Shown in pieces: positions 58,750 through 64,000 of a stretch of 64,000 nucleotides of DNA. Position 1 is the first letter of the stretch. Each line of letters opens with the position of its first letter. Source of the DNA: Octopus vulgaris (taxonomy: Eukaryota); contig OX597818.1 of assembly GCA_951406725.2 (NCBI GenBank), positions 14,508,001 to 14,572,000 of the forward strand, read 5' to 3'. Below the pieces are notes generated by a model. That model was not told the DNA's origin. It ran no database searches and saw only the letters and a program-made list of their open reading frames with translations. A program made the translations under genes and the position numbers.

Positions 58750-59770
58750 TTAGTCCTACAGACCTTAAACGCTTGCACAGGATGAATAGGAAATTATTGA
58801 CATCTAAGAGTATGCAGACGTTGACCGTCTGTACTTATCTAGAAGCAGTCGCTGACTCGAAAGCAGACGTTGACCATCTGTATCTGCATTGAAGGAGTGG
58901 GGTGAAGGTAATGATGCAATTAGAACTGTGCTATAAGAACTGCGCATTAAGAATGAACAGATATTTATCTAGTACAGAGGACTGAATGCTACGACTTGTG
59001 TGCAATCAGGAAAGCAGCAAAATGTCTATTTCTATTGTCAACGAAGCTTATATATTCGCAAGGGAACTTGGCATAAACACTGAATTAGATAAAGAACCCG
59101 AAACCACTTCCACCAAACAAGCAAAATGAATCATATAGACTGCAAAAAAGAACAGGCAGAAACAAATTGAGGAGTAGTGGAGCCAGAAGCCCCTGCTTGG
59201 ATAATATATTCTTCGAAATCAAAATGCTGATGCAGATCACTATCCTCTGGGAATTTCCAGTCAACACTGACAGAACGATCCAAGCTAATCGACCAGACAT
59301 AATTATTAAAGAGAGTGAAAAACATAATTGTAGATTAATAGATGTAAGTGCTCCCACTGATAAGAATATATCTGTCAAGAAATTTGATAAACTTATTAAA
59401 TATAAGGAACTGGAAATTGAAATACAAAAGATGTGTCATCTTATAGCAAAAACTGTTCTTGTTATTGTAGGTACCCTAGGTACTATAAAAAAAGGATGTC
59501 AAAAACATCTAGATAACATCCCAGGAGAACCATAGTTCATAGAAACCCAAAAGATTGTGCTGACATGTATTGCCTACATCCTTACAAAAACCCTGTCAAT
59601 GTAAATGTTTGTGTCGTATTACATGGAAGTATTTCGCTACTGCCCTTGCCACCTCCCCTCCCTATGCTTTCAGTTATACTGTAACATCTTTTATTCTTCA
59701 CTTGCCCTAGGGAGCTAGGTATGTCTCGGCAAGTGATTGAAACAATCAAGCAGATTAAAAGTAAAAAAAA
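58750..59770 (+). mobile_element. Older R4/Dong-like LINE 3' fragment with deletions
   Basis: ADVDRLYLSR / KADVDHLYL, then ILWEFPVNTDRTIQANRPDIII...LIDVSAPTDKN..KYKEL...VIVGTLG. Followed by an (AAC)/(AAT) tail. Confidence 0.82.
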
Positions 59771-59825
59771 AAACAGCAACAACAGTAACAACAACATCAA
59801 TAATAATAATGATAATAATAACAAT

Positions 59826-59892
<67 letters not shown>

Positions 59893-59895
<3 letters not shown>

Positions 59896-60447
59896 GCCCT
59901 GATGCAGTACCAGGCAGTGGCTCTCATGGCTTCTGATCTTAACTGATTGGAAGTGTTATCATGTACATTTTTGTCTTGGTATAAAAGATGGGCTACAGCA
60001 AATATTCTGCTTAATACCACAGATTTGCTTGTCAGTTGTTTGACCTTAACCAGTTGAGCATGTCCCTTAGTGGCTGACGATATGTGCATCTCTGATCACG
60101 AGCAGAAGTAGTGGGGGAGCATCATAGCCATGTGTTGAGAGGGCTTGTTTGGGGTTTGAATAATTCACCTCTGGAAACATGGGTGGTTCTTTCAACATCC
60201 TTAAACAACCCTTATTCAGGGACCTTTTGAGCGGGATGGGCTACTCAACCTGAAGAAAATTCTAACTGGGCCCCACCTGCAAGGTCATGTGCTGTTTATC
60301 TTGATATGAGATCACCATGTCGCGCACATATGGTTGTGATGCATGTGCCTGGTGTACCTTTATCAGACGGGTAGTCATGATAGGTATATTGGGCTTCGTA
60401 TATTTTACCCCAGTGTGACTTTGATGGCATGCACTGCTCTCTCACTC
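59893..60447. mobile_element. ~555-bp non-coding element bounded by (AAT)n on both sides
   Basis: GC-richer block with sharp (AAT)n boundaries. Its first ~40 bp (atgcagtaccag.cagtggctctcat.gcttctgatc) recur at 57557-57593, also directly after (AAT)n. Confidence 0.7.
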
Positions 60448-60496
<49 letters not shown>

Positions 60497-60504
60497 GTTG
60501 TAAT

Positions 60505-61400
60505 TGTAGATGATCTTTTAGCAAATCCCTTCTAATTGCAAACCCAACACCACCTTCCGTTTTCTCTCCTTTCGATTTCCCAACCGAGAATAATGTGAAA
60601 CCTGCTGCTCTTTTGACAAGATGATATTCATTTGAACATCTTGTTTCAGAAATAGCTGCAATATCAACATTAAGACGCCTTATCTCCTTAGTTACTTCTT
60701 TCAGACCTATCTGCTCGATCTAAAGGGGTTCTGACATTCCAGCAGGCCCCCCTAAATAGAAAACTTATTCTTTGCATACTTGTTATCATTGTTTATATCA
60801 ATTCTTTGTTCATTCCTGCTAAATCGAACCACCGTTAGCCGCAGTAAACTAACCGCCAAAGAAAGGAGAGACAATTTTAGTGCACCTTTTCTAGCATCTT
60901 CCCAGTCTATCCAGGTGAGCAGCGTTTTCCTTAAAAGGGCTGCTCAAACACAGGATTCTCCACCGAAAACCGTTCCTGTCCATAAAAAAACATGTTAGCG
61001 ATGTTAAGATAAGAACCGTGCTGCATTACATGCATATTTGGAACTGTATGCTTTCAACCAGTCAAGTCCGTATACGTCTCCACGCTTCTATCGCCAGAGG
61101 ACTTTTGAAAAGTGATAATTGTACGATGATAGTGTTTTGTAGGGGATATCTATACTTCATTGGATTTCCGTGACAAACTCTTGTAAAAAACTTTTGTCAC
61201 TCTCTGGGTCAAAATAGTAACAAGATGACGAGTACTAAGTTGACTGCAGGTCTTATGTTGGAGTACGTTCACCTAGGCTTTTCCTCAAACGATACTGCAA
61301 GCTAGCAGTGGTAAGTCAATTTAAATTCAGAGTTTTGTTCTCCTATACTGGTTGTCCTAATCACGGTATCGTTTCAAAATAGGAGCCCAATCTGCCCTCA
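60505..61400 (-). mobile_element. Degraded RTE (BovB-like) LINE, 5' portion (5' UTR plus APE N-terminus)
   Basis: Minus strand EVTKEIRRLNVDIAAISETRC...GFTLFSVGK...GGVGFAIRRDLL. Upstream, caaccagtataggagaacaaaactctgaatttaaa matches a motif I recall from RTE 5' regions. Confidence 0.7.
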
Positions 61401-61469
61401 TCAACAGTCATGGCTTTGATAGTGCAGCCAGTTAAGGGACTGATATTACTATGACCTGGCTTTTTGGTA

Positions 61470-61675
61470 CAAACACACACACAAATACACACACACATAG
61501 AAATATATATAAGACGGGTTTCTTAGAGGTTCCGTCTACCAAATCCACTCACTAGCCTTTCATTGGCCCGAGGCTACAGTAGAAGACACTTGCTAAAGGT
61601 GTCTCACAATAGGAACGAATCCGGTATCACGTAGTTGGGAAACAAGCTTCTTATCACACAGCCATGCCCGCACCT
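61470..61675 (-). mobile_element. Family B SINE, 5' half
   Basis: Minus strand ggcatggctgtgtgataagaagcttgtttcccaac...agcaagtgtcttctactgtagcctcgggc...gtggatttggtagacggaa. Confidence 0.8.
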
Positions 61676-62174
61676 ATAAGAAGAAAATATAATCTCAAGA
61701 AAGATGAATTATCCAAATTGCCTTGCCTTAAGGAAAAAGACCACCTTATTGACTACAGTTAAGAGATGAGTCTTATGCGAGTTTCTTTTTTAATAGTCAT
61801 CAAATCGACACTTTTAAAATCTATCCCAGGCATCTAAGCGCCACAGGCATATATAAAACAAGCAGCCACTTTGCATAAATTAAAGAGAAATAATTCGGTG
61901 GCCAAAAGCATGTGAATGAACAACATAAACAAATACAAGTATATCAAATGCCATATAACACACATTCTTGATTTATTAAAGATAGCCTAGACTCTCATGG
62001 GTCTTTCTCATTAGCCGTTCAGTAAATTTAGCATGCCATTTACAGGCAGAAGTAATATTAGTAAATCAAGACTTCATGTTATATCATATGTGGTAAAATT
62101 ATATATGTCTACGTTGTACCTACACATGTCACTGGTCATTTTGAGTTAATTTTCTTAACTATACTTTATGCAAT

Positions 62175-62203
62175 ATATGTGTGTGTTTGTGAGTGTATGT
62201 ATG

Positions 62204-62272
<69 letters not shown>

Positions 62273-62851
62273 GCATAAATACATATATATATACATATAC
62301 GCACGAATATGGATATATATACATAAATACATACATATATATATACATATATCTATAGACACATATACAAGTGTTTTGTATATGTGTGTGCGTGTATGCA
62401 TATATATACAAACAAATACATAAAATACATATATATAATATAATGTGTGTATATATGTATATACGTATATATATATATACATATATATACATATATATAT
62501 ATATATGTATATTCATATATATACATATATATGCTTACATATATATATATATACATATATATGCTTACATATATATATATACACATATATATATATATGT
62601 ATATATATACATATATATACATATATACATATATATATACATATATATATACATATAAGATACATATATACATATATATATACATATATATATACATATA
62701 GTATATATATACATATATATACATATATACATATATATATACATATAAGTATATATATTACATATATATATATACACATATATATATATATATGTATATA
62801 TATACATATATATACATATATACATATATATATACATATATATACATATAA

Positions 62852-62895
<44 letters not shown>

Positions 62896-62900
62896 CATAT
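62175..62900. repeat. Long (TA)/(TACA) microsatellite
   Basis: Directly visible. Confidence 0.97.
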
Positions 62901-63334
62901 ATTTGTAACCAGTCAAATAATCCGAAAGTTACTCTTCGGTCTCATCACTTTATTTGGTATTCCTTTCTAGCTAGCAGTGTTGTTTTTATCTCTCAGCGTT
63001 TGAAGTTATTTAGAAATGATCACATCAAATGATATTTTTATATATTTATAACATTATTATATTTGTAGAATGATATTATTTAATTTATATATTTTTTTAA
63101 GTATAACCAATAAAAATTGATGTTCTTCTATAAACACGCATATCAAGTTACGCATAACCGGCAGTGTAAATCAATAATACATAGGTTCACTTAATAAAAG
63201 ATCGCATAGACGATCTTGTGCTACAGTACTGAACACGTATAACAGATACAGAAATAAGAATTTCACATATTCTATATGACTATGGCATATTCATACATGA
63301 AATATGTGTACATTATATACAAACTTTTATAAAT

Positions 63335-63370
63335 ACATATATATATATATATATTTACGCACACACACAC

Positions 63371-63416
<46 letters not shown>

Positions 63417-63435
63417 CCTAAATATATATATTTAC

Positions 63436-63513
<78 letters not shown>

Positions 63514-63765
63514 TATATCATATCGTCTATATATACATACGTAGATATATGAACAAATAAACATATGTTCTTGTATGAATTATATAAGTGCTTGCATGTG
63601 TGCGTGTGTGTGTATACACACGATTTTACATTTAGAATTTCTCACAAAATGTAAAAGAGTCGATTTCTAGCTGAGAAACAAAAGATTTTCATTGGAATTT
63701 AGACAAGAAACATGCGGTCTTTTATTTATGCATATGTATATATATGCGTATGTGTAAATATGTAA

Positions 63766-63842
<77 letters not shown>

Positions 63843-63870
63843 CATACATATATATACATATATGTGTGTA
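63335..63870. repeat. (TA)n and (TG)n microsatellites
   Basis: Tracts at ~63335-63535 and ~63767-63870. Confidence 0.95.
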
Positions 63871-64000
63871 TATAGAGTGTTAGGTGTGATGTACAGAAAT
63901 TGAATATTGAGAAAAAAGTCGTCAGAATTTTGGAAAAATATCCTTTTATTTCATTATTTTTAGCTCTTTCGTTCATTTCTCGAACTTGTCAAATAAAATT

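Overview
This is AT-rich eukaryotic DNA, intergenic or intronic, dominated by microsatellites ((TA)n, (TAA)n, (TG)n) and transposon debris. The repeat content is most consistent with a coleoid cephalopod such as Octopus, but that is inference only. No host gene can be firmly called, and most long ORFs in the track are microsatellite artefacts. Supported elements: a young 5'-truncated CR1/L2-group LINE with an uninterrupted ~500-codon RT ORF inside (TA)n; several Penelope-like elements, two with hammerhead-type motifs; a cluster of R4/Dong-like LINE fragments in (TAA)n; decayed L1/Tx1 and RTE LINEs; Tc1, mariner, maT, Tigger and Merlin remnants; MITEs; and many tRNA-derived SINEs from about three families. 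The most unusual structures are a ~1.3 kb near-perfect palindrome centred on (AT)54, a (CCCTAA)3 telomeric insert with a flanking duplication inside a LINE, and a 3' tail shared between a SINE family and the L1/Tx1 LINE. I found no convincing new biological system. Coordinates were read by eye, and element boundaries are approximate unless TIRs or TSDs are quoted.
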